Part shown: positions 24,201 through 37,045 of the stretch, piece by piece
How positions within the stretch are numbered: position 1 is the stretch's first letter
Layout: every line of letters begins with the position of its first letter
From: the human T2T-CHM13v2.0 reference genome, Homo sapiens
Direction: 5' to 3' (one strand)
Assembly (NCBI RefSeq): GCF_009914755.1
Contig: NC_060929.1
Length of the DNA stretch: 64,000 bases
Notes under the pieces: generated by a model
Databases searched by the model: none
What the model was told of the DNA's origin: nothing
The model's input: the letters and a program-made list of their open reading frames with translations, nothing else
Translations under genes and position numbers: made by a program

Positions 24201-27059
24201 AAAAATATATAGATCAGTAGCTAGATTAATAAAGAATAGAGACAATCCAAATAAACACAATTAGAAATGACAAAAGGGATATTACCACCGACCCCACAGA
24301 AATACAAATAATCATCAGGGAATATTATGAATAGGTCTATGCACACAAACTAGAAAATCTATAAGAAATGGATAAATTCCTGGACACATACGCCCTCCCA
24401 AGACTGAACCAGGAAGAAATTGAATCCCTGAACAGATCAGTAATGAGCTCCAAATTGAATCAGTAATAAATGGCCTACCAACCAAAGAAAGCCCAGGATC
24501 AGATGATCCACAGCTGAATTCTACCAGATGTACAAAGAAGAGCTGGTATGATTCCTACTGAAACTGTTCCAAAAGATTGAGGAGGACAGACTCCTCCCTA
24601 ACTTGTTCTATAAGGCCAGCATCATCCTGATTCCAAAACCTGGCAGAGACAACAAAAAAAAGGAAACTTAGGCCAATATCCTTGGTGAACATTGATGTAA
24701 AAATCCTCAACAAAATACTGGAAAATCAAATCCAGCAGCACATCAAAAAGCTTATCCAGCATGATCAAGTAGGCTTTATCCCTGGGAGCAAGGTTGGTTC
24801 AACATAAGCAAACCAGTAAATGCGATACATTAATTAAACAGAACTAAAGACAAAAACCACAGAATTATTTGAATAGATGCAGAAAAGGCTTTCAATAAAA
24901 TTCAACATCCTTTATATTAAAAACTCTCAGTAAGCTAGATTTTGAAGGAGCAGACCTCAAAATAATAACAGCCATCTATGACAAACCCACAGCAACATCA
25001 TACTGAATGGGCAAAAGCTGGAAGCATTCCCTTAAAAACTGGCACGAGACAAGGTTGCCCTCTCTTACCATTCCTATTTAATATAGTATTGGAAGTCCTG
25101 GCCAGAGCAATTAGGCAAGTGAATGAAATAAAGGGCAGCCACATAGGAAGAGAGGAAGTCAAACTATCCTTATTTGTAGATGGCATGACTCTAGATCTAG
25201 AAAACCACGTAGTCTTGGCCAAATGGTTCCTTAAGCTTGCAGGGTACAAAGTCAAAAGAAAAAAGCCACTGTCATTCCTACACCAACAACGGCTAACCCA
25301 AGAGCCAAATCAGGAATGTGTTCCCATTCTCAATTGCCTCAGAAAGAGTAAAATACCCAGGAATTCAGCTAATAAGATCTCTATAATAAGAACTACAAAA
25401 CACGGTTCAAAGAAATCAGGGATGGCACAAACAATGGAAAACATTTCATACAAATTGATAGAAAGAATCAGTATCATTAAAGTGTGGCTATACTACCCAA
25501 AGCAATATAAAGATTCAGTGCTATTCCTATTAAACTACCAATGACATTCTTCACAGAACTAGAAAAAATTATTTAAAAATTCGTATTGAAACAAAAAAGA
25601 GCCCAAATAGCCAAGGCAATCCTAACCAAAAAGAAGAAAGCTGGAGGCATCATGCTACCTGACTTCAAACTATACTACAGGGCCATAGTAACCAAAACAG
25701 CATGGTACTGGTACAAAAACAGACACATAGACCAATGGAACAGAACAGAGAACCCAGATATAAGGCTGCACACCTGCAACCATCTGATCTTCAACAAAAC
25801 TGACAAAAGCAAGCAATGGGGAAAGGGCTCCCTTTACAATAAATGGTGCTGGGATAACTGGCTTATGCAGAATATCAAAATTGAACCCATTCCTTACACC
25901 ATATACAAAAGTCAACTCAATATGGATTTAAGAATTAAACATAAACCCCAAAACTGTAAAAATCATGGAAGACAACCTAGACAACATCATTCTGAATGCA
26001 AGAATAGGCAAAGATTTCATGATAAAGATGCCAAAAGCAATTGCAACGAAAGCAAAAATTGACAAATGTAATCTAATTAAACTAAAGAGCTTCTGCACAG
26101 CCAAGGAAGCTATCAACGAAGTGGACAGGCAACCAACAGAATGGGAGAAAAGTTTTGCAACGTGTCATCTGACAAAGGTCTAATATCCAACATCTGTAAG
26201 GAATGAAACAAATTTACAAGCAAAAAACAAACAACTGCATTAAAAAGTGGGCAAAGGACATAAACAGACACTTTTCAAAAGAAGACATACATGTGGCCAA
26301 CAAAAAGCTCAATCATTAGAGAAATGCAAATCAAAACTACAATGAGATACCACCTCACACCAGTCAGAATGGCTTGTATTAAAAAGTCAAAAAATAGTAG
26401 ATACCAGCTAGGTTGTAGAGAAAAGGGAACACTTATACACTGTTGGCAGGAGTGTGAATTAGTTCAACCACTGTGGAAAGCAGTGTGGTGATTCTTCAAA
26501 GAGCTAAAAACAGAACTACCATTCGATCCAGCAATCCCATTACTGTGTATATACCCAAAGGAATATAAATTATTCTGTCATAAAGACACATGCACGTTTA
26601 TGTTCATTGCAGCACTATTCATAATAGTGAAGACATGGAATCAACTTAAAAGCCCATCAATGATAGACTGGATAAAGAAAATGTGTTACATATATACCAT
26701 GGAATACTACACAGCTGTAAAAAAGAATGAGATCATGTTCTTTGAAGGAACATGGATGAGCTGGAGGCCATTATCCTTAGCAAACTAATGCAGTAAGAGA
26801 AAACCAAATACTGTATGTTCTCAGTTATAATTGGGAGCTAAATGATGGGAACACATGGACACATAGAGGGGAACAACACACACTGGGGCCTATGGGAGGG
26901 TGGAGGATGGGAGGATGGAGAGGCAAGAAAAATAACTAATGGGTACTAGGCTTAATATCTGGGTGGTGAAATTATCTGTACAACAAACCCCCAAGACACA
27001 AGTGTACCTATATAACAAACGTGCACATGTACCCTTGAACTTAAAAGTAAAAAAAAAAA
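21221..27059 (+). mobile_element. Near-full-length L1PA13-like LINE-1 nested in the L1MA
   Basis: GC-rich 5'UTR, ORF1 from ~22013 (MRKNQ) and ORF2 ATG at 23088 (MTGSKLHISILTLNVNG), with many stops and frameshifts. 3' end aataactaatgggtactaggcttaat...cccttgaacttaaaag plus A tail. Confidence 0.9.
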
Positions 27060-28288
27060 GGAAAACCCAGTTCCAGATTGTTTTATGGTTGAATTCTACC
27101 AAACATTTAAAGAAGAACAAACACAAAGTGTTCTCAAACTCTTTTCAAAAAATAAAGAGGAAGAAATACTTTCAAACTCATTTTGAGGACACTTTGATCT
27201 GACAACAAAGCCAGACAAGAGCATTACAAAAAGTAAAAAATTACAGGACAATGTGCCCGATGCAAAAATTTTCAGCAAAATACTAGCAAATGAAATTTAA
27301 TAGTGCATTAAAAAGATTATTCACCATGATCAAGTGGGATACATCCCAGGGATTCAAGGATAATTCACCATAAGCAAATCCAATAGAGATAATATATCAC
27401 ATTAATAAAATCAAGGACAAAAACCATCTGATCATTTCAATAGATACAGAAAAAGCATCTGACAAAATTCAACATCCTTTCTTGATAAAAATCTCAACAG
27501 ATTATGTATAGGAGAAACGTACCTCAAAACAATAAAGGTCATATACGACTAACTCACAGCTAAAGTCATACCAAATAGGGAAAAGTTGAAAATTTTCCGC
27601 TAAGAGTCAGACTCTCGGCACTTTTATTAAACATAGTACTGGAAATCCTAGCCGGAGCAATCAGGCAAAAGGAGAAACAGAAGGCATCCAAATTAGAAAG
27701 GAAGAAGTTAAATTTTCCCTGTTTGCAGATATGATCTTATATATAGAAAACTCTAGGGACTCCACCAAAAAAAGTTAGAACTAATAAGTGAATTTAGAAA
27801 CGTTGCATGATACAAAATCAACGTACAAAAATCAGCAGTGTTTCTATATACTAACAGCACACTACCTGAAAAAGAAATAAAAAATCTTTATAAGAGCTAC
27901 AAAACAGATAAAAAAAATACTTAAAAATGAATTTAACCGAGGAGGTGTACTGAAAACTATAAAGCATTGATGAAGGAAATTGAGGAAGACACAATTAAAT
28001 GGAAAGATAGCCCATATTCATGAATTGGAAAAATTAACATTCTTAGAATGTCCATACTACCCAAAATGATCTACAGATTCAATTCAATCCTTACCAAAAT
28101 ACCAATCACATTCTTCACAGAAATAGAAAGAACAATCCAAAATTTTGTATGGAACCACAAAAGACCTTGAATAGCCAAAGAAATCTAGAGCAGAAAGAAC
28201 AAAACTGAAAGCATCATACAACCTGACTTCGAAATATATAAAGCTATGGTAATCAAAACAGCATAGCAGTGGCATAAAAATAGACACA

Positions 28289-29738
28289 ACAGGTCGGTAA
28301 AGCCGGAGTCGGGTCCTGTCGGCTTCCTCCCCGGACAGCATGAACTTCACCACTCGCTCCACCTTCTCCACCAACTAGCGGTCCCTGGGCTCTGTCCAGG
28401 CGACCAGCTACGGCGCCCGGCTGGTCAGCAGCACAGCCAGAGTCTATGCAGGCGCCGGGGGCTCTGGTTCCCGGATCTCTGTGTCCCGCTCCACCAGCTT
28501 CCAGGGCGGCTTGGAGTCCGGGGGCCTGGCCGCGGGGATGGCCGGGGGTCTGGCAGGAATAGGAGGCATCCAGCACGAGAAGGAGACCATGCAAAGCCTG
28601 AAAGACTGCCTGGCCTCCTACCTGGACAGAGTGAGGAGCCTGGAGACCGAGAACCGGAGGCTGGAGAGCAAAATCCGGTAGCACTTGGAGAAGAAGGGAC
28701 CCCAGGTCAGAGACTGATGCCATTACTTCCAGACCATCCAGAACCTGAGGATTCAGATCTTCGCAAATACTGTGGACAATGCCTGCATAGTTCTGCAGAT
28801 TGACAATGCCCGTCTTGCCGCTGATGACTTTAGAGTCAAGTATGAGACAGAGCTGGCCATGCGCCAGTCTGTGGAGAACGACATCCACGGGCTCCGCAAT
28901 GTCATTGATGACACTGTCACTCGGCTGCAGCTGGAGACAGAGATCGAGGCTGTCAAGGAGGAGCTGCTCTTCATGAAGAAGAACCACAAAGAGGAAGCAA
29001 AAAGCCTACAAGCCCAGATTGCCAGCTCTGGGTTGATGGTGGAGGTAGATGCCCCCAAATCTCAGGACCTCGCCAAGGTCATGGCAGACATCCGGGCCCA
29101 ATATGACGAGCTGGCTCAGAAGAACGGAGAGGAGCTGGACAAGCATTGGCCTCAGCAGATTGAAGAGAGCACCACAGTGGTCACCACTCAGTCCGCCGAG
29201 GTTGGAGCTGCTGAGACGACGCTCACGGAGCTGAGACGTACAGTGCAGTTCTTGGAGATGACCTGGACTCCATGAGAAATCTGAAGGCCAGCTTGGAATC
29301 TGAAGAACAGCCTGAGGGAGGTGGAGGCCCGCTACGCCCTGCAGATGGAGCAGTTCAATGGGATCCTGCTGCACCTGGAGTCAGAGCTGGCACAGACCCG
29401 GGCAGAGGGACAGCGCCAGGCCCAGGAGTAGGAGGACCTGCTGAACGTCAAGGTCAAGCTGGAGGCTGAGATCGCCACCTACCGCAGCCTGCTGGAAGAT
29501 GGCGAGGACTTCAATTTTGGTGATGCTCTGGACAGCAGCAACTCCATGCAAACCATCCAAAAGACCACCACCACCCACCGGACAGTGGATGGCAAAGTGG
29601 TGTCTGAGACCCACGACACCAAAGTTCTGAGGCATTCAGCCAACAGAAGCAGGGTACCCTTTGGGGAGCAGGAAGCCAATAAAAAGTTCAGAGGTCATTG
29701 GATGTCAAAAAAAAAAAAAAAAAAAAAAAAAAGAAAGA
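28289..29738 (+). pseudogene. KRT18P16: Keratin 18 processed pseudogene (probably KRT18P16)
   Basis: Intronless KRT18 mRNA copy. ATG at 28340 reads MNFTTRSTFSTN* with a premature TAG at 28376, and further stops lie near 28679 and 28715. Rod-domain peptide ACIVLQIDNARLAADDFRVKYETEL, AATAAA at 29678, poly(A), TSD aaaaa(t/a)agacaca (28276-28288 / 29739-29751). The KRT18 identity is certain; the P16 number is recalled from its position next to CSNK1G3. Confidence 0.93.
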
Positions 29739-31389
29739 AAAAAAAGACACATAGACCAACTGAACACAGTAGAAATCCCAGAAATAAATCCACACATTTA
29801 CAGCCACTGAGTTTTGACAAATGTGCCAAGAACATACAATGGAGAAAGGACATTGTCTTCAATAAATTGTGTTGGGAAAACTAGATATCCACATGCAGAA
29901 GAATAAAATTAGACCTTTATCTCACACCATATGCAAAAATCAACTCAAAATAGATGAAAGACTTAAATGTAAGAGCCAAAGCAATGAAACTGTCTGAAGA
30001 GAACATTGGGCAAAATCTCCTTTATATTGATCTGGGCAATAATTTTTTTGACCTAAAAAGCACAGGCAACAAAAGCAAAAATAGGCAAGTGGGATTCCAT
30101 TAAACTAAAGTGCTTCTTCACAGTATAGGAAATGATAAACAGAGTGAAGAGATAACCTACAGAATTGGAGAAAATATTTGCAAACTATACATCTGATAAG
30201 GGTTAATACCCAAAGTGTATAAGGAATTCAATTAAATAGAAAGAAAGAAAGTAATCCAATTTGAAAAATGAACAAAGGACCTAAACTGACATTTCTGAAA
30301 ATAAGATGTACAAATGTTCAGTGGGTACATGAAAAAATGCTCAACGTCACTAGTCATCAGGGAAATGCAAATTAAAACCACAATGAGATATCACTTCACT
30401 CCTGTAAGAATGCCTATTATGAAAAACACAAATGAGAACAAATATTGGTGAGGATATACAGAAAAGGTAATTCTTTTACATTGTTGGTGGGAATATAAAT
30501 TAATACAGCTACTGTAGAAAATAGCATGGAGGTCACTCAAACAATAAAAAGAGAACTACCATACGATTCAGCAATCCTACTACTGGGTATATAAACAAAA
30601 GAAATGAAATCATTATGTTGAAGAGATATCTACACTCCCATGTGTATTCACAATAGCCAAGACATGGAATCAACCTAAGTGTTTATCAATGAACAAATGG
30701 GTGAAGAAAATGTGGTATATATATACACACACACAATGGAATACTATTCAGCCATAAAAAGAAGGAAATTCTGTTATTTATGACAACATGAATAAACCTC
30801 TATGACATTCTATTAAGTGACATAAGCCAGGCACAGGAAAACAAATACCATATGATCTCACTCATATATGGAATCTAAAATTGTTGATCTCATAGAAGCA
30901 GAAAATAATCTTGTTTACCAGAGGCTGGGCTGCTTGGCAGGGAGCGGGTGAGGGGGCAATTTAGAGAGATGTTGGTCAAAGGATACAAAATTACAGTTAG
31001 GAGGAATAAGTTCAAGAGATCTGTAGCATGGTGGCTATAGTTAATGACCATATATTGTATTTTTGAACAATGCTCATCACAAAATAACTATGTGAAGTAA
31101 CGTATATTTTAGTTAGACTTAGCCATTTCACAATGTTCATATACTTCAAAGTATCATGTCATACCTAATAAGTACATGCAATTTTATTTGTCACTTTAAA
31201 ATACATAAATAAATTTGAAAAAATAACGAAATACTATCAATCTGAGAAAAGAGAGAAATAGCGCTGAGTTTGAGCTCTCTCACAAAAAGATGAATTATTA
31301 TTAGTGATTTTGGACAATTATGACTCTTAGATATGAGGGTAACATGGGACCCTGAAGAGAAGTTGGCAGTTAGGATTAAGACATAGAGT

Positions 31390-31635
31390 GGTGGTGTGGT
31401 TGAAGATTTGAATTCTACAGCTGGGTAAACCTGTGTTTAAATCATGGTCCGATACTTCCAAACCATGTGACCTTGGGCAACTTATTTAACTCCCTAAGCC
31501 TTGGTTTCCTCATTTCGAGAAGGAAATTAATAAACCTCATTTTATGGAGTTTTGGTGAGGAAGATGTGATATGTTAATTGTAACAAAATCCTAGGTTCAC
31601 AGTAGGTACTTAATGAATGGTAGTATTATTGGCTA
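31390..31635 (+). mobile_element. MIR SINE
   Basis: Core tgtgaccttgggcaacttatttaactccctaagccttggtttcctcat and tail cacagtaggtacttaatgaatggtagtattatt. Confidence 0.8.
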
Positions 31636-32011
31636 TTATCATTTAAGTCATACAGAGAGTAGGGATGTCAAGCAAAAGATGATGTGTGAAAACCCTGATT
31701 GCACATTTACTCAGCATGAAACTGGGGCACATGTTTGTAGTAATTCAAATCTCTGCAAGTAAGGTATGTGTGGCAACAAATCAATGAGGCAATTGAATTT
31801 ATTTTGCAGAAAACAGAAAATACTGCTGACAGACGGCAATAATTCCATGTTAAGTAGGTGTCAGATGTTTCCTCTCTCCTTTCTCTTCTTCTTTTCCACC
31901 TCAGCAGTGGCACAGTGGCCTCAGAAAGGGAACTGGATCCCTCATGCCACTAACTAGCTGTGTCACTCAGTCCTTCTGGGCCTCAATTTTATATCTATAA
32001 GGGAGTCCTTC

Positions 32012-32438
32012 TGTTATGGTCTAGGTGTCTTTGCCAAAACTCATGTTGGAACCTTAATTCCCAGTACAACAATGTTGGGAGGTCATCCTTTAAGAGATCA
32101 TTAGGTCATTAAAATAGATTAATATCTTTCTCAAGAAACTGAAACAGTTCTTATGGAAATGGATTAGTTTTTCTAGGAATGAATTTGTTTCTGCCAGAAC
32201 GGGTTGTTATGAAGTGAGGTTGACTCTCATGTTTGACCTCTTTGCACATGCCCACTTCTTCTACTTCTTCGCTATGTTGTAACACAACATGATACCCTTC
32301 CCAGAAGCCAAGCAGATGCAGATGCCATGCTTCTTGGACTTCCCAGCTTCCAGAATTGTGAGCAAAAAAAGTCTTTTTTTTTAATAAATTACCCAGTCTC
32401 AGGTATTCTGTTATAGCAACACAAAACAGACTAAGACA
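32012..32438 (+). mobile_element. MST-family MaLR solo LTR
   Basis: TG...CA ends (tgttatggt...actaagaca) with a perfect 5-bp TSD CCTTC at 32007-32011 and 32439-32443. Confidence 0.9.
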
Positions 32439-33281
32439 CCTTCCTTCAAGAAAACAAACTAAAAAATTCTATGAAGAAGATTCTCTTAGCCTTTGGCATT
32501 TTCATATAATGTGTTGATCACATGAAATAATGGATACAGAAGACTTGATTTTCTGATGCTGCTCAACGACCTTAATATTCACTATTTTAGCTTCCGACTG
32601 GCCTTCCTTCTCAGATCTGGGCCAACACTGCCCAATCCCCAGTAAACACATACATCCAGTCCCCTCCAATCGTAAAAAAACAAGGAAAACACCCTCTCTT
32701 GATGCTGATCTCCCATCTAGTTATTCCTCAATCTCTCTCCTTTCTTTCCAGTCAGTCTCCTTGAAACAAGAGATACAGTATTTTCCTTTAATATTCTGGG
32801 GACTGAATCAGTGATTACTTGACCACTGCCTGGTCTTCTCAGGGCTAGCCTACTCTTGCTGCTTTGGGAGCCAGAACTGTAAAAGTAAATCCTATAGCAT
32901 TTGAATTTGTTTGAAATGCAATTCTTGTTTTATCTGTGTTTTGTGAACATCCATAGATAAGTGTGGATAAATGCAAGAAAAAAATGGAAAACTGTTAGAA
33001 GTCAGATGGTGTGGTGTTTAAGGAAATTATTGGCAAAAACTCTTCTTCTGACCAGATCCCAAGTTAATTAATGGGTTCTTCCTATAAGACAGTGAGTGAA
33101 AAGTTCAGAACACCAAGGGACAGATTCAGCTAGAAAGGCTCTTCAACAAAAATCCTTCTATTTCTACTTAAGATGATATAAAGTGATTATTACATATTAT
33201 TCCCATTAGTTTCTCAGTTCTTGCTTGTGTGACTTCTTTCCTCGAATTACTTAAGAAACTTAAAGAGTGAAGACAGCCCTA

Positions 33282-33664
33282 TATATTAGTCCATTCTTGC
33301 CTTGCTGTAAAGAACGAACTACCTGAGATTGGGCAACTTATAAAGGAAAGAGTTTAGTCGACTCATAGGTCTGCAGGCTGGCAGCATTACTAGAGAAGCC
33401 TCAGGAATCATACCATCATGGTGGAAGGCCAAGGGGAAGCAGGCACGACTTACATGGCTGGAGCAGGAGGAAGAGAGAGCAAAGCGGGAGGTGCCACACA
33501 CTTTTAAACAACCAGATTGCCTGAGAACTCACTCCCTGTCACAAGAACAGCAAGGGGCAAATCCACCCCCATGATCCAATCACCTCCCACCGGGCCCCTC
33601 CTCCAACACTGGGATTACAATTCGACATGAGATTTGGGCAGGGACACATATCCAAACCATATCA
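33282..33664 (-). mobile_element. MSTA/MSTB solo LTR
   Basis: tatattagtccattcttgc...ccaaaccatatca with a perfect 5-bp TSD CCCTA at 33277-33281 and 33665-33669. Confidence 0.9.
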
Positions 33665-34118
33665 CCCTATAAGAGGTTTATCTGTGATTAAGCTCCATGA
33701 TGCAAGCTAGTCCAATGCTCCTTTTTTTGTGTACCAAATACCAACAATGATGATATTTAAGTCCTACCTTTCCTTTCACATTTAGGACACTGAGAAGCAT
33801 ATTTCCTTTCTTCTCTCATAGAAATATTCAAAGCTGTAAGCATGTATAAGTTCTCATGACATTGAGGGAGATAAAATGGGTGAAAACTATTGCATGCTTT
33901 TGCTTCCTTCTGATGGTAAGGTATATAAATTACTTCAGAGGAATAAAAGAGCAAGTTTTATGTTTTAGTCCTACCCTGGAGATGGCTCATCTTTAACCCA
34001 GAGAAAGCCTTGGCATAGTTTTCTAAGAGCCTGATAAAGAGAGGCATAAATGGAGAAGGCAAACTTTCATATTTTAACATATAATTTTTCTTAAGAAGTG
34101 ATCAGATCATGAGGATAT

Positions 34119-34150
<32 letters not shown>

Positions 34151-35060
34151 TGTATATGTAATTTTCAAATGAAAATTTAAAACGAGTGAAGTACGTGAAT
34201 GAAGAGGTGAGGAAACAGAGACTTTGAATTGCTTGAATTCTCTATTCAAGAAGCTTGCCTGAGAGGAAAGGAGATAGAGAAATAACTGGAGGGAGGAGCA
34301 GAATCAAGGGAGAGTGTTTTGCTTGTGTTTTTAGGATTGGAGAAGCTTGACTTTTTTTTACTGAGGGAAGAATCTATCAGTGAGGATAGACTAAGCTCCT
34401 GGGGAGAGAGAGAATGTGGAGGAAAATAAAACCTTGGGAAGATGAGCTAGGATTCCAAAGAAAGGGGAAAGTGAAATGAAGAAGGGGCTGCCCAGATTTA
34501 GGCTTTGTAGAGATGGTGTGTATGAGGGAGGTAAGAAAGGGATTGGCTGTGGTGTTTTTGTTTGATTGAGATGTAAGTGAGTCTGAGAGGAGGCTGCCCA
34601 CAAGTTGCTGTTTATCTGAGAGAAAACGGAACCATCAAGAGACTAAGGGTGGTTCTCAAAAATTTCGAAGAGCAAGCATAATTATTTCAAACTTAATTTT
34701 GTTATAGTATTTGCTACCCATGGCCTTCAGTTTTCCTTCGGGCAATGTATAAAGTTACTGACTTAAAAATGATTGAATTATAAACTTGTGTTGAAATGAA
34801 GAACTCTTTCCTCCTCTGCCATGGTAAGAATTCATTTTTAAAAATATCTTCATATACATAAGAAATGTTTCATAAGCAAATTGCTCTTTTAAAGAGTTCT
34901 TGGAAATATTAGATGCATTATGCATGTACTGACCTTTCATGAATGTTCCATATTAATCATCTTACATTGTTTTTTGTATAGATGTAGAAATCTAGTTAGT
35001 TCAAGATCTAAAAATTCAGTATCAATCCAACACATCATTTTGCTGTCAGATAGGTATACA

Positions 35061-35120
35061 GCACATATACCCCTAAACTTAAAATAAAATTAAAAAAAAC
35101 AAAATAAGGGACAAAAACAA
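35061..35120 (+). mobile_element. Extremely 5'-truncated L1PA 3' terminus
   Basis: gcacatatacccctaaacttaaaataaaattaaaaaaa matches the last ~35 nt of the L1 at 62385-62420 plus an A-rich tail. Confidence 0.6.
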
Positions 35121-35794
35121 AAACTCCCACTAGTTTTATATATTTACATTATGAAGATTATATACAAAGGAAAAGGCTTTCCTAAATCAGGTGTTAGCCA
35201 AAATAAAAACAAAGAAAATACACAAAATTCTATTGCTTTGAACTGATTTCATTAATGGAAATAAATAAGGAATGTAATTAAGTAGAACAGGAAAATGATT
35301 TCAGATTTCTTTGTTGTACATTCATCAGTTGAAAAAATAAATTAAAAGTTTCATTTTATTTTGGAACATAACACATTTTATGTTTTAACCAGCTAAGATC
35401 TGAGTCTATTTGCTGGTGTAGACACAGATGTATAAGTTTCTATTTGCAATATATTTGTATATCAGTACAAATAGAAATTTCCTCTTCTAGAGGGGAAATC
35501 AGATTTTGTTTACATTTTTCTCCTTTGTGCTTTCACAGTATACTTACAGTAAATAAAATGTATGTGACGTGAAAGGGAGATAATACTTTTAGGAGACAAA
35601 AAGAATATGAACGCAGACCAGCAACACTTCTCAATCACTCACTTAAAAGGGTTCTTCCTTCTAGATATTTTATCATTGGAAAAATATTGTTCTGTAATTT
35701 AAAAAATCTTAAAACAGGCAAAGTCTTGCACGTTTCTCTATCTTTGAACACAAGTATACATTGGGCATCATCCAACGTCTTCTCATACACTATC

Positions 35795-36440
35795 ATCTAT
35801 TTATTTATTGAGATCAAATTCATATAAAAATTCACCATTTTACAGTGTACAATGTAGTGGCATTAAATACATTTACATATTGTACAACTAGCACCACTAT
35901 CTAATTCTAGAACATTTTCAACCACTAATCTACTTCTAGTCTCTATTGCTTTGCCTGTTCTGAACATTTCATATAAATGAAATCACATAAGACGTGGCCT
36001 TTAAAACTGGCTTCTTTCAATTAGCATGTTTCCAAGTTTCATCCATGTCGCATCACATATCAGTACTTCATTTCTCTTTATGGCTTTCATTTCTCTTTAT
36101 GGCTGAATAGAATTCCATTTTATAGATATATCACATTTTGTTTATCCATTTAGTTAAAGGACATTTGAGTTATTTCCACCTTTTTCTTGCTATGAATAGG
36201 GGTGCTATTAACAATTGTACGAACCTATGTTCTCAATTCTCTGAGTAGAATGCTAGGCTACATGGTGACTCTATTTTTAATAATTTATGGAACTGCCAAA
36301 CTTTTCTACAGTGACTGCACTCTTTTACATTTCCATCAGCAATATATGAGGGTTCCAATTTCTCCACATCCTTGCTAATACTTATTATTCATTTAAAATT
36401 TTTAAAAAATAATTATGGACATCCTAGTGGATGTGGAGTC
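35795..36440 (-). mobile_element. Old L1M (L1MB/L1ME-like) 3' fragment
   Basis: ttattgagatcaaattcatat...aaccactaatctacttct...cattccatcagcaatatatgagggttccaatttctccacatccttgc. Confidence 0.75.
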
Positions 36441-36978
36441 TTCCTTTTAATTAAAAAGATATTTTTTGTCTTAAAATGTATTTTGTCTGGCATTGGTACA
36501 CCCACTGCAGATCCCTTTTGGTTACTGTTTGCACAGGATATCTTTTTCCTTATCTTTTTACTTCTAATCTATTTGTGTATTGTGCATAGTCTTTTTCTTG
36601 GAGTGGCCAAACAGGAGGCCATTTTTCCTAGAGCATCCTTATTTATTGACATGTGAGTGTCTTTCATCTGAGATTGTTTAATATCTATAGAAAACATTGC
36701 ATGTCTCTCATTGAAGGGTGTGTGCCTAGCCTTTAGTGTTCTATATTTGGTGTTAAAAAGGGAGCGTCTTCTTTTTATATTAACTTATAAACCATCTTCC
36801 TGTTTTTAATCTGTGTCTCACCCATAACACCTTCTTCCCTTGTGTCTCCAAGACCCTAGCCTCTTAAGGGTTCTGCAGGATAAAAATGGCTCTCATATCA
36901 TCTATATCTCTTTATTTGGCTACTTTACACTAAAGAACACTCTGCTAAATCTGCTTCTTATATCTTTTCTGTACTGGT

Positions 36979-36999
36979 CTCTCTCTCTCTCTCTCTCTC

Positions 37000-37041
<42 letters not shown>
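36979..37041. repeat. (CT)n(GT)n compound microsatellite
   Basis: Direct reading of the sequence. Confidence 0.95.

Positions 37042-37045
<4 letters not shown>

Noticed and set aside
21221-27059. Retrotransposition-competent L1
   Set aside because: ORF1 and ORF2 are broken by many stops and frameshifts, and the subfamily is old.
28253-28987. 244-aa minus-strand ORF
   Set aside because: Antisense shadow of the KRT18 coding sequence running into L1. There is no independent sign of a gene.
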